From: Desulfomonilia bacterium
GTDB lineage: Bacteria > Desulfobacterota > Desulfomonilia > UBA1062
Assembly: GCA_050014195.1 (NCBI GenBank)
Contig: JBEKDT010000008.1
Span: 96,001 to 160,000 of the forward strand
Direction: 5' to 3'
DNA length: 64,000 bases
Made by a program: the position numbers and the translations under genes. Shown one piece after another: positions 49,274-59,308 of the stretch (position 1 is the stretch's first letter; each line of letters begins with the position of its first letter). Under the pieces are notes generated by a model. It was not told where the DNA came from. It made no database searches and saw only the letters and a program-made list of their open reading frames with translations.

Positions 49274-49664
49274 GCCCAAGACGTATGTGGCGGAAATCAA
49301 TGTGACGCCGCTGGTTGATGTCATGCTCGTGCTGCTCATCATCTTCATGGTATCGGCCCCCATGATGAAGGAAGGCATGAAGGTTGATCTGCCCGAGGCG
49401 GAGGCGCGGGCTTTGGGCGAGAGCCAGGATCTTGTGATCACCATAGGCAATGACAAGACCGTTGATATCAACGGATCACCGGTTGAACTCGGCAGGTTGG
49501 AGATGGTCCTCAGCCAGATCAAGGAACAGAGGAATGTAGAGGCCGTCTACCTGCAGGCCGACAAAAGTATCCCATACGGATTTGTAGTCCAGGTGATGTC
49601 GGTCATACGCATGAGCGGTCTGACGAAGATCGGCCTTGTGACCCAGCCTCCGGCAAATAAATAA
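49260..49664 (+). CDS. tolR: TolR (ExbD/TolR family)
   Basis: Start ATG 49260; EINVTPLVDVMLVLLIIFMV, ADKSIPYG. Confidence 0.94.
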   Translation: MQTNKPKTYVAEINVTPLVDVMLVLLIIFMVSAPMMKEGMKVDLPEAEARALGESQDLVITIGNDKTVDINGSPVELGRLEMVLSQIKEQRNVEAVYLQADKSIPYGFVVQVMSVIRMSGLTKIGLVTQPPANK

Positions 49665-49672
49665 GAGCCAGG

Positions 49673-50386
49673 ATGCAGTCTTTAAGAAACTTCCTTATCT
49701 TATCGCTCATCTGTCATCTGGTGTTGATCCTTACCCTGGTGGATATCGATCTTTCCGGAAAGAAATTAGACACCTCAGACGTGTATGAGGTATCAATCAT
49801 TCCCGGTGTCCCCTCGGGCGGAGAGGCTGCATCGAAGAGCGTTTCCATACCCGAGAGCAAGAAATTCATTTTCAACAAGAAGTCCGAACATGTCTCACTC
49901 GGAGAGGTCAAGAAGGAGAGAGCCTTGAAAGAAGGCCCTCCCAAACTCTCGCCCCTGGAAATGAAGCGGGAGACCCCCGAAGAGGGAGGCCCGGTTACAG
50001 CGAGTGCAGGTAATCTGACCAGGCCCCCGGTACAGACCGGTATGGGTACGGGAACGGCCCATGGCCCTGGAGGAGGGAGTGCTTCAGAGATCGCCCTGTG
50101 GAAAGCACGGGTCAGGAGCTTGGTGGAGAACTTGTGGAAAACCCCTCCGGAGATCGAGGGAATGGATTCATCATTACAGACCACCTATCTTCTCAGGGTG
50201 AGCAGGACAGGTGATCTGCTCCAGAAGAAACTCATGGTATCATCGGGCAATGTGCCCTTTGACCGATCGATACTCATTACCCTGGGCAGGGTGAGCCGAT
50301 TACCACAGCCTCCGCTCGTCCTCATTGCAGGCGAGGACTGGTTTGAGTTCACCATGTCTTTCACACCCCCGAAAGGAGCTCATTGA
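49673..50386 (+). CDS. tolA: TolA/TonB-like energy transducer
   Basis: TM helix with S..CH motif, low-complexity linker, SSGNVPFDRS C-terminal domain; between tolR and tolB. Confidence 0.8.
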   Translation: MQSLRNFLILSLICHLVLILTLVDIDLSGKKLDTSDVYEVSIIPGVPSGGEAASKSVSIPESKKFIFNKKSEHVSLGEVKKERALKEGPPKLSPLEMKRETPEEGGPVTASAGNLTRPPVQTGMGTGTAHGPGGGSASEIALWKARVRSLVENLWKTPPEIEGMDSSLQTTYLLRVSRTGDLLQKKLMVSSGNVPFDRSILITLGRVSRLPQPPLVLIAGEDWFEFTMSFTPPKGAH

Positions 50387-51660
50387 TGCGAAGATTCTTT
50401 GCCCTTATTTTTGTAATTTTTATCATTTCCGACATACATGTACATGCCCAGCAGATCCACATCGACATCGAGGCGAGCGGATTCCGCAAGATGAAGGTTG
50501 CCATGCCTACCTATGCCGGGCCCGGTGACATGGCGGGCTCGGTGTGGGCCATGTGCGCCAGGGACCTCCAGCTGTCAGGGATCTTCGATCTCATCTCGCC
50601 CCAGAGCTATGTCAATCCGGGCCCCCTTGGCGAAGTCCAGCAGGGTTCACTGAAGGACTTCTCGCTCATCGGTTCGGATTATGTGATAGCCGCTACGGTT
50701 TCAAAGCAGGACACCACAGGCATATTCAAGGTCCAGATGGTGGATGTTTCTACAGGGCAGGTCATCGAGAGCGCCACCTACACGAGCGGCGAGCAGACCA
50801 TGTACATGGCTGTCCATGCGTTCATGGATCACGTCTTGAGGAATAAGTTCGGACTAGACCCCATCTTTTCCTCCAAGATCGCATGCATAAAAAAAGATAA
50901 AACGGCTAAACAGCTCCATGTCATATGGTGCGATGGAACCGGAGGCAATACCATACGTGGCGGCGGCAGCCTTGTACTGAGCCCTGCATGGTCGCGTGAC
51001 GGGAAAAAGATCGCATTCGTATCCTACTGGAAAAACAACCCGGACCTCTACCTGCTGGATCTTGCCACGAACAATGTAAAACAGCTCTCGGCGCAGAAAG
51101 GCATCAACACATCACCTGCCTTCGATGCGTCAGGCGGCAGGATAGGGCTCACGTTGTCCATCGACGGTTCACCCAAGATCTATATCATGAACCTGGACGG
51201 CTCAGGCAGGACAAAACTCACCACAGGCTGGGCAACCGATACCTCGCCATCATTCTCGATCAATGGAAAGAGCATGGCCTACTGCTCATCCCGGTCGGGT
51301 AACCCCCAGATCTTCATCATGGATCTTGCAACGAAGAATGTGCAGCGGCTTACCTATGAGGGAAAATACAACTCCGAACCGACCTTCTCACCGAGGGGAG
51401 ATCTCGTGGCATTTTCCTATCGTGCTAAAAATGAAAAGTTTTATATTGCGACTATAAAACCTGACGGGTCGAATTTCCGGGTGCTTCCAGGGTCGGGCCT
51501 TGGAGATGAATCACCGAGTTTTTCTCCCGACGGGAGACTCATTGCCTTTGCCGGTGGAGACGGTAATATCCACATAACGGATCTCATGGGTACCATGTCC
51601 GTGCCTGTCACCTCTGGGGGAGGGTTTTCCGAGCCGGCCTGGTCGCCGTTGATGAAATGA
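50386..51660 (+). CDS. tolB: TolB beta-propeller protein
   Basis: Signal peptide, RDLQLSG, repeated SPAWS/SPSFSPDG PD40-like units. Confidence 0.92.
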   Translation: MRRFFALIFVIFIISDIHVHAQQIHIDIEASGFRKMKVAMPTYAGPGDMAGSVWAMCARDLQLSGIFDLISPQSYVNPGPLGEVQQGSLKDFSLIGSDYVIAATVSKQDTTGIFKVQMVDVSTGQVIESATYTSGEQTMYMAVHAFMDHVLRNKFGLDPIFSSKIACIKKDKTAKQLHVIWCDGTGGNTIRGGGSLVLSPAWSRDGKKIAFVSYWKNNPDLYLLDLATNNVKQLSAQKGINTSPAFDASGGRIGLTLSIDGSPKIYIMNLDGSGRTKLTTGWATDTSPSFSINGKSMAYCSSRSGNPQIFIMDLATKNVQRLTYEGKYNSEPTFSPRGDLVAFSYRAKNEKFYIATIKPDGSNFRVLPGSGLGDESPSFSPDGRLIAFAGGDGNIHITDLMGTMSVPVTSGGGFSEPAWSPLMK

Positions 51661-51673
51661 GAAATCTTTGAAC

Positions 51674-51701
51674 TTGACCTGACTCAGGGTTGGATTACAG
51701 T
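51674..51701 (+). promoter_or_regulatory. Possible sigma70 promoter for pal
   Basis: TTGACC-N16-TACAGT upstream of the GGAGAGGAG RBS. Confidence 0.45.
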
Positions 51702-51734
51702 ACAAACAACTCCAAGAGTGGAGAGGAGAATGAT

Positions 51735-52307
51735 ATGAAGAGAATTATTCGTATTGCATATACCATCATAATACTCTGTGCGATCCTGTTCGTCATGGGT
51801 TGTGCGAAGAAGACCCTGGAACCGGTAACTCCGGAAGTTTCAAAGCCGCATCCTCCCGGCCAGACGGGAATGCCTGCCGAGCAGCCTGGCATGAAGATGG
51901 ATACGTCCGAGGCATCTCAGGGTGCTGGAGCCGCTTCGGGCAAGTCCACGATTGAGAAGGCTCGGACCGCCTTTGAAAAAACGGATATATACTTTGAGTT
52001 CGACAGTTTCGAGCTCACGCCGGAGGCCCGGAAGGCACTGGCCGATAAGGCTGCTTTCCTGAACTCACATCCTAAGATCAAGACCCGCATCGAAGGCCAC
52101 TGTGACGAGCGGGGCACGGCAGCATACAACCTTGCCCTGGGGGAGCGCCGTGCCAAGGCTGCTCAGGACTATCTTGTTTTCCTGGGTATAGGCTCGGAAA
52201 GGGTTTCAACGGTCAGTTACGGTGAAGAGAAGCCGGTGGATCCGGGGCATAACGAAACGGCCTGGGCCAAAAACAGAAGGGCCCATTTCGACATTCTTGG
52301 GGAGTAA
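51735..52307 (+). CDS. pal: Peptidoglycan-associated lipoprotein Pal
   Basis: Lipobox VMGC, IYFEFD, EGHCDERG..YNLALGERRA, SYGEEKP, KNRR. Confidence 0.96.
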   Translation: MKRIIRIAYTIIILCAILFVMGCAKKTLEPVTPEVSKPHPPGQTGMPAEQPGMKMDTSEASQGAGAASGKSTIEKARTAFEKTDIYFEFDSFELTPEARKALADKAAFLNSHPKIKTRIEGHCDERGTAAYNLALGERRAKAAQDYLVFLGIGSERVSTVSYGEEKPVDPGHNETAWAKNRRAHFDILGE

Positions 52308-52312
52308 TAATC

Positions 52313-53041
52313 ATGAGACGATCTATCCTATTTATCTTATTGCTGATCATATCCGGTTGTGCAACTCAGCAGGATCTCAATGCCCTCAAGAGTCAGGTGG
52401 ATATGCTCCAATCCCGCCAGAGTATGGCCGAGAAGAAGACGGCGGAAATCTCCAAGCTCACGGACCAGTCCCTTAAGCAGCAGGGCGAGTTGCAGAATCG
52501 GTATTCTGAGCTGCAGAATCAGATGTTCACGCTCCAGGGGTCCATCGACCAGATCTCGGCATCTGCAGGGCTTACTTCGGCCGGTGGAGGCGAGACCAAG
52601 ATATCCAAGCTGGAAAAGGATGTCCAGTCCCTCAAGGACCAGCTTCAGAACAAGGGGACTGCTCCTGCCCAGAATTCGCTCTATGACAGCGGCATGGAAA
52701 AATTCAAGGCCGGGATGTTCAGCGATGCGGTCCAGGACTTCAAAGGCTTTCTTGCCCAGAATCCCGACCCGGCACTCGCCGGTAATGCCTACTTCTACAT
52801 GGGAGAGTCCCTCTATGCCCTGGGCAAGTATGATGACGGTATCTTAAGCTATGATACGGTAGTAAAGAAGTTCAAGGACAGCGATAAAGTGCCTGATGCC
52901 CTCTATAAACAAGGGCTGTCGTTCATGAAGATGGGAGACAACGAGACCGGTACGCTGATCCTGCAGCAGCTCATAAAAGAGCACCCCAAGACCGATGCCG
53001 CAAAGAAGGCCAAAAAGGCATTGAAAAACCCTCCTGCTTAG
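52313..53041 (+). CDS. cpoB: Tol-pal protein CpoB/YbgF
   Basis: Lipobox ISGC, coiled coil, C-terminal TPR (NAYFYMGE, KVPDALYK); follows pal. Confidence 0.9.
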   Translation: MRRSILFILLLIISGCATQQDLNALKSQVDMLQSRQSMAEKKTAEISKLTDQSLKQQGELQNRYSELQNQMFTLQGSIDQISASAGLTSAGGGETKISKLEKDVQSLKDQLQNKGTAPAQNSLYDSGMEKFKAGMFSDAVQDFKGFLAQNPDPALAGNAYFYMGESLYALGKYDDGILSYDTVVKKFKDSDKVPDALYKQGLSFMKMGDNETGTLILQQLIKEHPKTDAAKKAKKALKNPPA

Positions 53042-53112
53042 AAAGGGATGATGGTCTTTGACCTGTAATATGTTTTGCATCGAGAAAATCGTAAATGGAG
53101 AAAGGGGTTTTC

Positions 53113-55665
53113 ATGAAGATCAGATCATTTAGAGTGATTCCCACACTTCCTGAGATGCTTAATCCCATCCTGTCACTTGCATACAATATCTGGTATTGCT
53201 GGAACCACAAAGGTCTGCGTCTCTTTCAGCACATGGACAGAGACCTCTGGGAGGAGACGGGCCACAATCCCGTGGATATGCTCTCCCGTATCTCGCAGGG
53301 CCGCATCATGGACCTCATGGAAGACGAAGGATTCCTCTCCCAGATGAAGAAGACCTACGAGGAATTCGAGGACTACATCGCAGAGAAGGGGGTATATTCC
53401 TTCCTCCTGGCCCAACCCATTGACTTTACGATAGCCTATTTTTCCATGGAATTCGGCCTCACCGAGAGCCTGCCCATCTACTCGGGAGGGTTAGGTGTGC
53501 TGGCCGGCGACCATTTGAAGAGCGCCAGCGACTTGAGGCTGCCTCTCTACGGGGTTGGCCTCATGTACAAGCATGGATACTTCACCCAGTACTTGAGCTG
53601 GGACGGCTGGCAACAGGAGGAATCACCGGATAATGACTTCTATCATATGGCCCTTATGCTGGAACAGAAAGACAGTGGAAAGCCCATCAAGATCTCATTG
53701 AAGCTCGCAGACAGGGAATGCCGGGCACAGATTTGGAAATGCCAGGTGGGCAGGGTGCCGCTGTACTTACTGGACACCAATCTGGAGGAGAACCATCCTG
53801 ACGAGCGAAATATCACGGGTGGGCTCTATGCGGGCAACCAGGAGGACAGGCTCAGGCAGGAGATCCTTTTGGGCATCGGCGGCATGAGGGCACTGGATGC
53901 CCTGGGCATCGATCCCATGGTGTACCACATGAACGAAGGGCACAGCTTTCTCGTCGGATTAGAGCGCATCCGTAACCTCATGAAGATTAAGAACATGGAT
54001 TTCAACACCGCCCGCGAGGTGGTGAGGGCATCGTTCGTCTTCACCACGCACACACCGGTCCCTGCAGGCAATGACGTCTTTGAGATGGGGCTCATGGAAA
54101 AATATCTCAAGCCCTATGTGGATGACACGGGGATCAAGTGGTCTGACTTTCTCGCGCTCGGCAGGAAGAACCCTTACGACGACAAGGAAGGTTTTGGTGC
54201 CACGGTATTCGCACTCAAGAATTCCGCCTTTCGCAATGGGGTAAGCAAACTCCACGGCCAGGTCTCAAGGGATATGTGGAGGGACATCTGGCCGCACGTC
54301 AAGACAGAGGATGTGCCTATCTCTTCTATTACCAACGGCATCCATATCCCTTCATGGATCTCAGACGAGATGGCCGAGCTCTTCGACCGGTACCTCGGCC
54401 CCAAATGGAAGGAAGACCCGGACAATCAAAAGGTTTGGGAACGGATCGACGAAATACCCGATGCCGAGCTGTGGTCCACACATCAGCGGCGCAGGGAGAG
54501 GCTGGTTGCCTTTGCGCGTAAAAGGCTCATGAAGCAGCTTGCCACACGAGGTGCCAAGCCGAAGGATATCCAAAGGGCCATGGAGACTCTGCATCCTGAT
54601 GCACTGACCATCGGATATGCCCGGCGCTTTGCCACATACAAGCGCGGTCTCCTTATCTTCAGGGACATCGATCGCCTTAAGGCCATCCTGGCCAACCGCG
54701 AGCTTCCGGTACAGCTCATCGTGGCAGGCAAGGCGCATCCCAGAGATCACGAGGGCAAGACCATCATCCAGAAGATCATCCACATCGCACGCGAGGAGCC
54801 TTTCAGAGACAAGATCGTGTTCCTTGAGGATTATAATATGAATATAACACGTTACCTCGTGGAGGGCGTGGATGTGTGGCTCAACAACCCTAGACGACCC
54901 TTTGAGGCTTGCGGTACATCGGGCATGAAGGCTACTGCAAACGGCGCGCTCAACTTGAGCGTTCAGGACGGCTGGTGGGTGGAGGGATATCACCCCGATC
55001 TCGGTTGGTCCATTGGAAACGGCGAGGTCTACGACAACTACGACTATCAGGATCAGGTTGAGAGCAAGGCCATCTACGATCTGCTGGAGCGCGAGATTAT
55101 CCCGTTGTTCTATGAACGCGGTCTCGACGGACTGCCCAGAGGCTGGATCACCATGATGAAGAAATCCATGCGCAGCTTATGTCCTGTATTCAATTCCAAC
55201 CGCATGGTTGAGGAATACACGGACAGGTGCTATATGGCCGCAGCCCTGAACGTGAAGACTTTAATGGGTGACAATTTCAAGAACGTACGCCAGGTGGTCA
55301 AGTGGAAGGACACATTGACATCGCGCTGGAGCGATGTGACGGTGCAGGACATCAGTCATGAGGGGGGGGACGAGGTCGCGGTGCACAGCGACATAACGAT
55401 CCGCGCCGAGGTGAAGCTTGGCGCCATCAACCCGTATGACGTCAGCGTACGGGTATACTACGGGAACATCGATGATGCCGGTAACCTCAATGGGGCAAAG
55501 GATGTGATGATGGATCACATCAAGGAGCTCGGCAAGGGTGTCCATGTCTTTGAGGCCCGCATCACGTGCGATGATACGGGCAGGTTCGGGTATTCCGTGA
55601 GGATACTGCCGTCCCATACGAATCTCATCTACCCGGTGGATATGGGTTTGATTTGCTGGGCGTGA
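53113..55665 (+). CDS. glgP: Alpha-glucan (glycogen) phosphorylase
   Basis: YFSMEFG, YSGGLGVLAGDH, HMNEGH, RRFATYKR, EACGTSGMK (PLP lysine). Confidence 0.96.
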   Translation: MKIRSFRVIPTLPEMLNPILSLAYNIWYCWNHKGLRLFQHMDRDLWEETGHNPVDMLSRISQGRIMDLMEDEGFLSQMKKTYEEFEDYIAEKGVYSFLLAQPIDFTIAYFSMEFGLTESLPIYSGGLGVLAGDHLKSASDLRLPLYGVGLMYKHGYFTQYLSWDGWQQEESPDNDFYHMALMLEQKDSGKPIKISLKLADRECRAQIWKCQVGRVPLYLLDTNLEENHPDERNITGGLYAGNQEDRLRQEILLGIGGMRALDALGIDPMVYHMNEGHSFLVGLERIRNLMKIKNMDFNTAREVVRASFVFTTHTPVPAGNDVFEMGLMEKYLKPYVDDTGIKWSDFLALGRKNPYDDKEGFGATVFALKNSAFRNGVSKLHGQVSRDMWRDIWPHVKTEDVPISSITNGIHIPSWISDEMAELFDRYLGPKWKEDPDNQKVWERIDEIPDAELWSTHQRRRERLVAFARKRLMKQLATRGAKPKDIQRAMETLHPDALTIGYARRFATYKRGLLIFRDIDRLKAILANRELPVQLIVAGKAHPRDHEGKTIIQKIIHIAREEPFRDKIVFLEDYNMNITRYLVEGVDVWLNNPRRPFEACGTSGMKATANGALNLSVQDGWWVEGYHPDLGWSIGNGEVYDNYDYQDQVESKAIYDLLEREIIPLFYERGLDGLPRGWITMMKKSMRSLCPVFNSNRMVEEYTDRCYMAAALNVKTLMGDNFKNVRQVVKWKDTLTSRWSDVTVQDISHEGGDEVAVHSDITIRAEVKLGAINPYDVSVRVYYGNIDDAGNLNGAKDVMMDHIKELGKGVHVFEARITCDDTGRFGYSVRILPSHTNLIYPVDMGLICWA

Positions 55666-55680
55666 TTGTCATGATGATAT

Positions 55681-55733
55681 GGAGGAGCGGCTTTAGCCGC
55701 GATGAAGTAATCGCGCCTGAAGGCGCTCCTACA
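55681..55733. repeat. REP doublet (REPIN/BIME-like)
   Basis: GGAGGAGCGGCTTTAGCCGCGA-N8-TCGCGCCTGAAGGCGCTCCTACA: two inverted GTAG/GGAG-type REP units, each with an internal hairpin. Confidence 0.8.
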
Positions 55734-55766
55734 AACAATATTCCAGGCTTCTTGGAAGCTTGAGAT

Positions 55767-57203
55767 ATGAGACTGCCCAATCATAAGACCAAGATCGTAT
55801 GTACCATCGGGCCTGCTTCCAGGACTCGTTCCATCATGGAGCGGATGATCATAGCAGGGATGGATATCGCCCGCCTGAATTTTTCTCACGGTGATTTTAA
55901 CTCCCACGAACAGGTGATTAAAGATCTGAGGGCCGCGGCTCAATCTGTAGGAAAGCGACTTACCATCATGGGCGACCTGCCCGGGCCCAAGATGCGTATA
56001 GGGGTTATGGCCCAAGAGCCGGTTGAATTGAGGCCGGGCAATGGCTTTACGCTCACTACCGAAGAGGTAGCGGGTGATGAGAACAGGGTATCGGTGAGCT
56101 TCAAGCGCCTCCCCCAGGCTGTCAAGGCAGGGGATACGCTCTTCTTAAATGATGGGCTCATTGCGCTTGAGGTCACCAGGGTCCAAGAAAGCAATGTGGA
56201 ATGCAAGGTCCTTGTAGGAGGGGAACTGCGCTCCCACAAAGGGCTCAACCTGCCGGGCATCGATCTGGGCATCAGCGCATTCACTCAGCAGGATCATGTA
56301 TGCCTGAGTTTTGCCGCCAGGCAGGGCCTGGATGCGGTCTGTCAATCCTTTGTGATCTCAGGGGCGGATATCCGTGCAGTGCGCGAGGCTGCAGAGGCAA
56401 TCGATTACCATCCTTTCATCATTGCCAAGGTCGAACGATCGGCTGCGCTTGATCACATCGACGATATCCTCGATGCATCAGACGGCATAATGATCGCCAG
56501 GGGAGACCTTGGTGTGGAGATCCCCATCGAGAAGATTGCAATAGTCCAGAAAGAGCTCATGGCGAAAGCGATCATTCGCGGAAAACCGGTTATTACCGCA
56601 ACCCAGATGCTTGAATCCATGACGGAAAACCGCAGACCCACACGGGCCGAGGTGACGGACGTGACAAATGCCATACTGGACGGCACCGATTGCGTCATGC
56701 TCTCGGGTGAGTCGGCCATGGGCAAGTATCCTCTAGAGGCTGTAGAGATGCTCGGCAGGATTGCTTCGGTTACCGAGCCGTACGGTCCCGGATATCGTCT
56801 GAGGGAGAGGCTCAGGGAGATCACGGAAATACAGACAAGCAGGATAAGTGATCTGGTTGTGTTCAGCATAGAGGCAATCTTCAAGCATATTTCACCGGCG
56901 GCGGTGTTTGTCCCCACCAACAGCGGGGCCATGGCCAGGAGTATTACACGCTTCAGGCTCCCGGTATGGATTGTTGCCATGAGCAGATCAGAGCTCACGT
57001 GTCAACAACTCCAGTTCTCTTATGGTGTCCAAAGCGCTCAGGAAGCCGAATATCCTGATGATTGGAGGCCTTATGTGAGGTCATGGCTCCATGAGCATGA
57101 GGTGGAAGGGGACATTGCCATCCTCACCCAAGGGCCTTCGAAGAAGCACCCGGAGGCGAATCACCGGATGGAGATCATTGACCTGAAACAAGTACCGGAA
57201 TAA
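55767..57203 (+). CDS. pyk: Pyruvate kinase
   Basis: KTKIVCTIGPAS, RLNFSHG, MIARGDLGVE, ATQMLESM, DCVMLSGESA. Confidence 0.97.
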   Translation: MRLPNHKTKIVCTIGPASRTRSIMERMIIAGMDIARLNFSHGDFNSHEQVIKDLRAAAQSVGKRLTIMGDLPGPKMRIGVMAQEPVELRPGNGFTLTTEEVAGDENRVSVSFKRLPQAVKAGDTLFLNDGLIALEVTRVQESNVECKVLVGGELRSHKGLNLPGIDLGISAFTQQDHVCLSFAARQGLDAVCQSFVISGADIRAVREAAEAIDYHPFIIAKVERSAALDHIDDILDASDGIMIARGDLGVEIPIEKIAIVQKELMAKAIIRGKPVITATQMLESMTENRRPTRAEVTDVTNAILDGTDCVMLSGESAMGKYPLEAVEMLGRIASVTEPYGPGYRLRERLREITEIQTSRISDLVVFSIEAIFKHISPAAVFVPTNSGAMARSITRFRLPVWIVAMSRSELTCQQLQFSYGVQSAQEAEYPDDWRPYVRSWLHEHEVEGDIAILTQGPSKKHPEANHRMEIIDLKQVPE

Positions 57204-57232
57204 GTGTTGACCATAAAAAAATATTTTCGTGT

Positions 57233-57317
<85 letters not shown>

Positions 57318-57347
57318 TTAATTTTATTGAAGTTTTTCTCAGTGCGA

Positions 57348-58454
57348 TCATCTCTTAAACCCCCTGATAACCGAGAGTGTGCCCAAATTGTGCCCATCCT
57401 GTGCCCGTGAGAGTGTCTCGGCGTTCTCCTGATACATGGTTGAAAGCCGCTCGCAAGCTAGCCTGATGTCATCTTCGCTGGTGATATTGTACCGGTCAAA
57501 TACAGCCCTTGTCTTGTGTCCGGAGATCCTCATCGCCACCACTTCAGGAACACCGGCCCGGACCATATTCCGTACCGCAGTACGTCTCAGGTCATGGAAG
57601 AGCCGCCCCTCAAGTTTCACTTTGATAAGCGCTTTCTCCCATGCAGTCCTGAAATCTTTGTTGAACGGCTGCCCGTTATGATGAAAGAAAAACACATTCT
57701 GACACTCCGGGAATCTGGCATCACGGATTTTCTTTTGTGCGAGCAAGACATCAAAAAGCTCACCGAACATGTAAACAACCCGGCCTTCCCCGTTCTTCGT
57801 GCTTCCGGGTTCAAGGATGATCCTGTGATTCCAGATATCGACCTGATGCCACTGAAGATCAAGAAGCTCTCCGCGTCTCATACCCGTATAGTAAGCCGCG
57901 ATCAATAAAGGCTTGAGGTAAGAGGGAAGCGCATCTCTGAGATTTACATACTCGTCGTACTCAAAGAATCCAGTTCGTACGTTGGTTTCTTTCAACTTTG
58001 GGATGTGGGGCATCATTGTCACCTTGGGAGGTGTATGCCGGAACCCAAGGGTAAAAGCCCTCCTGAGAGCGCTTAACTCCCGGTTGATGGTTCCGTTTTT
58101 CATCCCTGCTTTCTGACGGTCAAAGATGTATTGCTGAACATGAGTCGTTGTCACCTTGCAGGCCTTCAGATTGCCGAAGAAATCCCTGAGATGTTCCGTG
58201 CTGTATCGGAGTCGTTCACAAGACTTCCGCTCCATGAGACTATATTCTGCAATAATGTCGTCCAACAGCTCATTAACCATGGTTCGTTCTACCTGAAGCC
58301 CCTGGAAGGTGCCTTGCACGATGCTCCCTTCCCTGAGCTTGAGCAATTTATCCGCATCGGATTTCTTCTTTGAGTGCGCTGACTCCCTGTACGGCTTGCC
58401 GTCCCGATAATACTTGATCCACCAAACTTTTCCTCTTTTATAAGCAGTTCCCAT
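57348..58454 (-). CDS. Tyrosine recombinase/integrase
   Basis: Catalytic residues in TGMRRGEL, STKNG, HDLRR, SGHKT, FDRY; likely start MGTAYKRG after AAGGA RBS. Confidence 0.95.
   Translation of the reverse strand: MGTAYKRGKVWWIKYYRDGKPYRESAHSKKKSDADKLLKLREGSIVQGTFQGLQVERTMVNELLDDIIAEYSLMERKSCERLRYSTEHLRDFFGNLKACKVTTTHVQQYIFDRQKAGMKNGTINRELSALRRAFTLGFRHTPPKVTMMPHIPKLKETNVRTGFFEYDEYVNLRDALPSYLKPLLIAAYYTGMRRGELLDLQWHQVDIWNHRIILEPGSTKNGEGRVVYMFGELFDVLLAQKKIRDARFPECQNVFFFHHNGQPFNKDFRTAWEKALIKVKLEGRLFHDLRRTAVRNMVRAGVPEVVAMRISGHKTRAVFDRYNITSEDDIRLACERLSTMYQENAETLSRAQDGHNLGTLSVIRGFKR
57378..57406. repeat. Three TGTGCCC direct repeats; putative integrase arm-type sites
   Basis: TGTGCCC at 57378, 57389 and 57400 (11-bp period), about 60 bp from the tRNA 3' end. 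Confidence 0.7.
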
Positions 58455-58587
58455 GAACTGATCCTTTCTTTGCCGTGGGCACGGCTTCAGCACTCCTCCT
58501 TTCTCCATGGATTTGAAGTAAAGCCCTGCAATTATCAGGCTTACCCTTCCTCGTAATTATACTACCGGCCACAAAACGAGGAAAGCT

Positions 58588-58788
58588 TCAAAAGGAGAAG
58601 GTAGTTTTCTGCTTCTCAATCCATCTGTCCATGTCGTTAACATCAAGGAGCACGCGCCTTCCATCCCTGATGCAAGGAATCTTCCCTGCCCAGACCATCT
58701 CGCGGATAGCCCAATCCGTTCTTCCCAGGTAAACAGCCGCTTCCGGTATCGAGTACAATCTCTTGGGTGGTCTAATCTTCTCAGTCAT
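58588..58788 (-). CDS. Excisionase-like helix-turn-helix protein
   Basis: 66 aa; RLYSIPEAAVYLG...GKIPCIRDGRRVLLD...DRWIE; upstream of the integrase. Confidence 0.88.
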   Translation of the reverse strand: MTEKIRPPKRLYSIPEAAVYLGRTDWAIREMVWAGKIPCIRDGRRVLLDVNDMDRWIEKQKTTFSF

Positions 58789-59102
58789 ACAATTACCCAA
58801 TTTGTTCATGACTCGGATGGATTCACTGTTATGAGATTTGGGGAACAATCATTGTAGAACTGGGACTTTTTCCAATGAGTAAAACCACCCATGAACGTGT
58901 GTATGCTTACTGCTACAACAAGCAAGTTGATCATGAATTCTTCCTCCTTTGTCTTTAAACATAAAAACCAACTTTTCCTCCCTTGCCCCTTTCGCAAATG
59001 ATTGAAGGGGAAGGGAGGAACGACCGGAGAAAGGGAAGCCAGAAAGGCTCACCATATAGGAGTGGTTACAAAATGTGACCATAGGAGACCCCGAAGCGCT
59101 GC

Positions 59103-59177
59103 AAGCAGCATGACAACATGTTTACATGTTGGCGTGCTGCTTCTGAGCAAGCGGAGGGGGCTTATTTTGTTACTATA
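59103..59177 (+). other. Long hairpin followed by rolling-circle nick-site-like sequence
   Basis: 19-nt arms at 59103-59121 and 59124-59142 (17/19 complementary), then CTTATTTTGTTACTATA at 59161-59177. Confidence 0.45.
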
Positions 59178-59308
59178 ACCAGTAGAACTTAATGTCTTTT
59201 AAGCATATTAGTGTGAAAGTATTGACAGGTTCTAAATTTTGTAACAGATATTCAAGCATATTTAAAAAAGAGGATAAGAAGTGGTTTATTTAAGGGGATG
59301 AATAGCGA

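Noticed and set aside
58806-59082. Two short minus-strand ORFs upstream of the excisionase
   Set aside because: No recognisable motifs or convincing RBS; may be decayed DNA, but cannot be supported
59222-59252. TTGACA upstream of the 1256-aa gene as a sigma70 promoter
   Set aside because: No convincing -10 hexamer at 16-18 bp spacing
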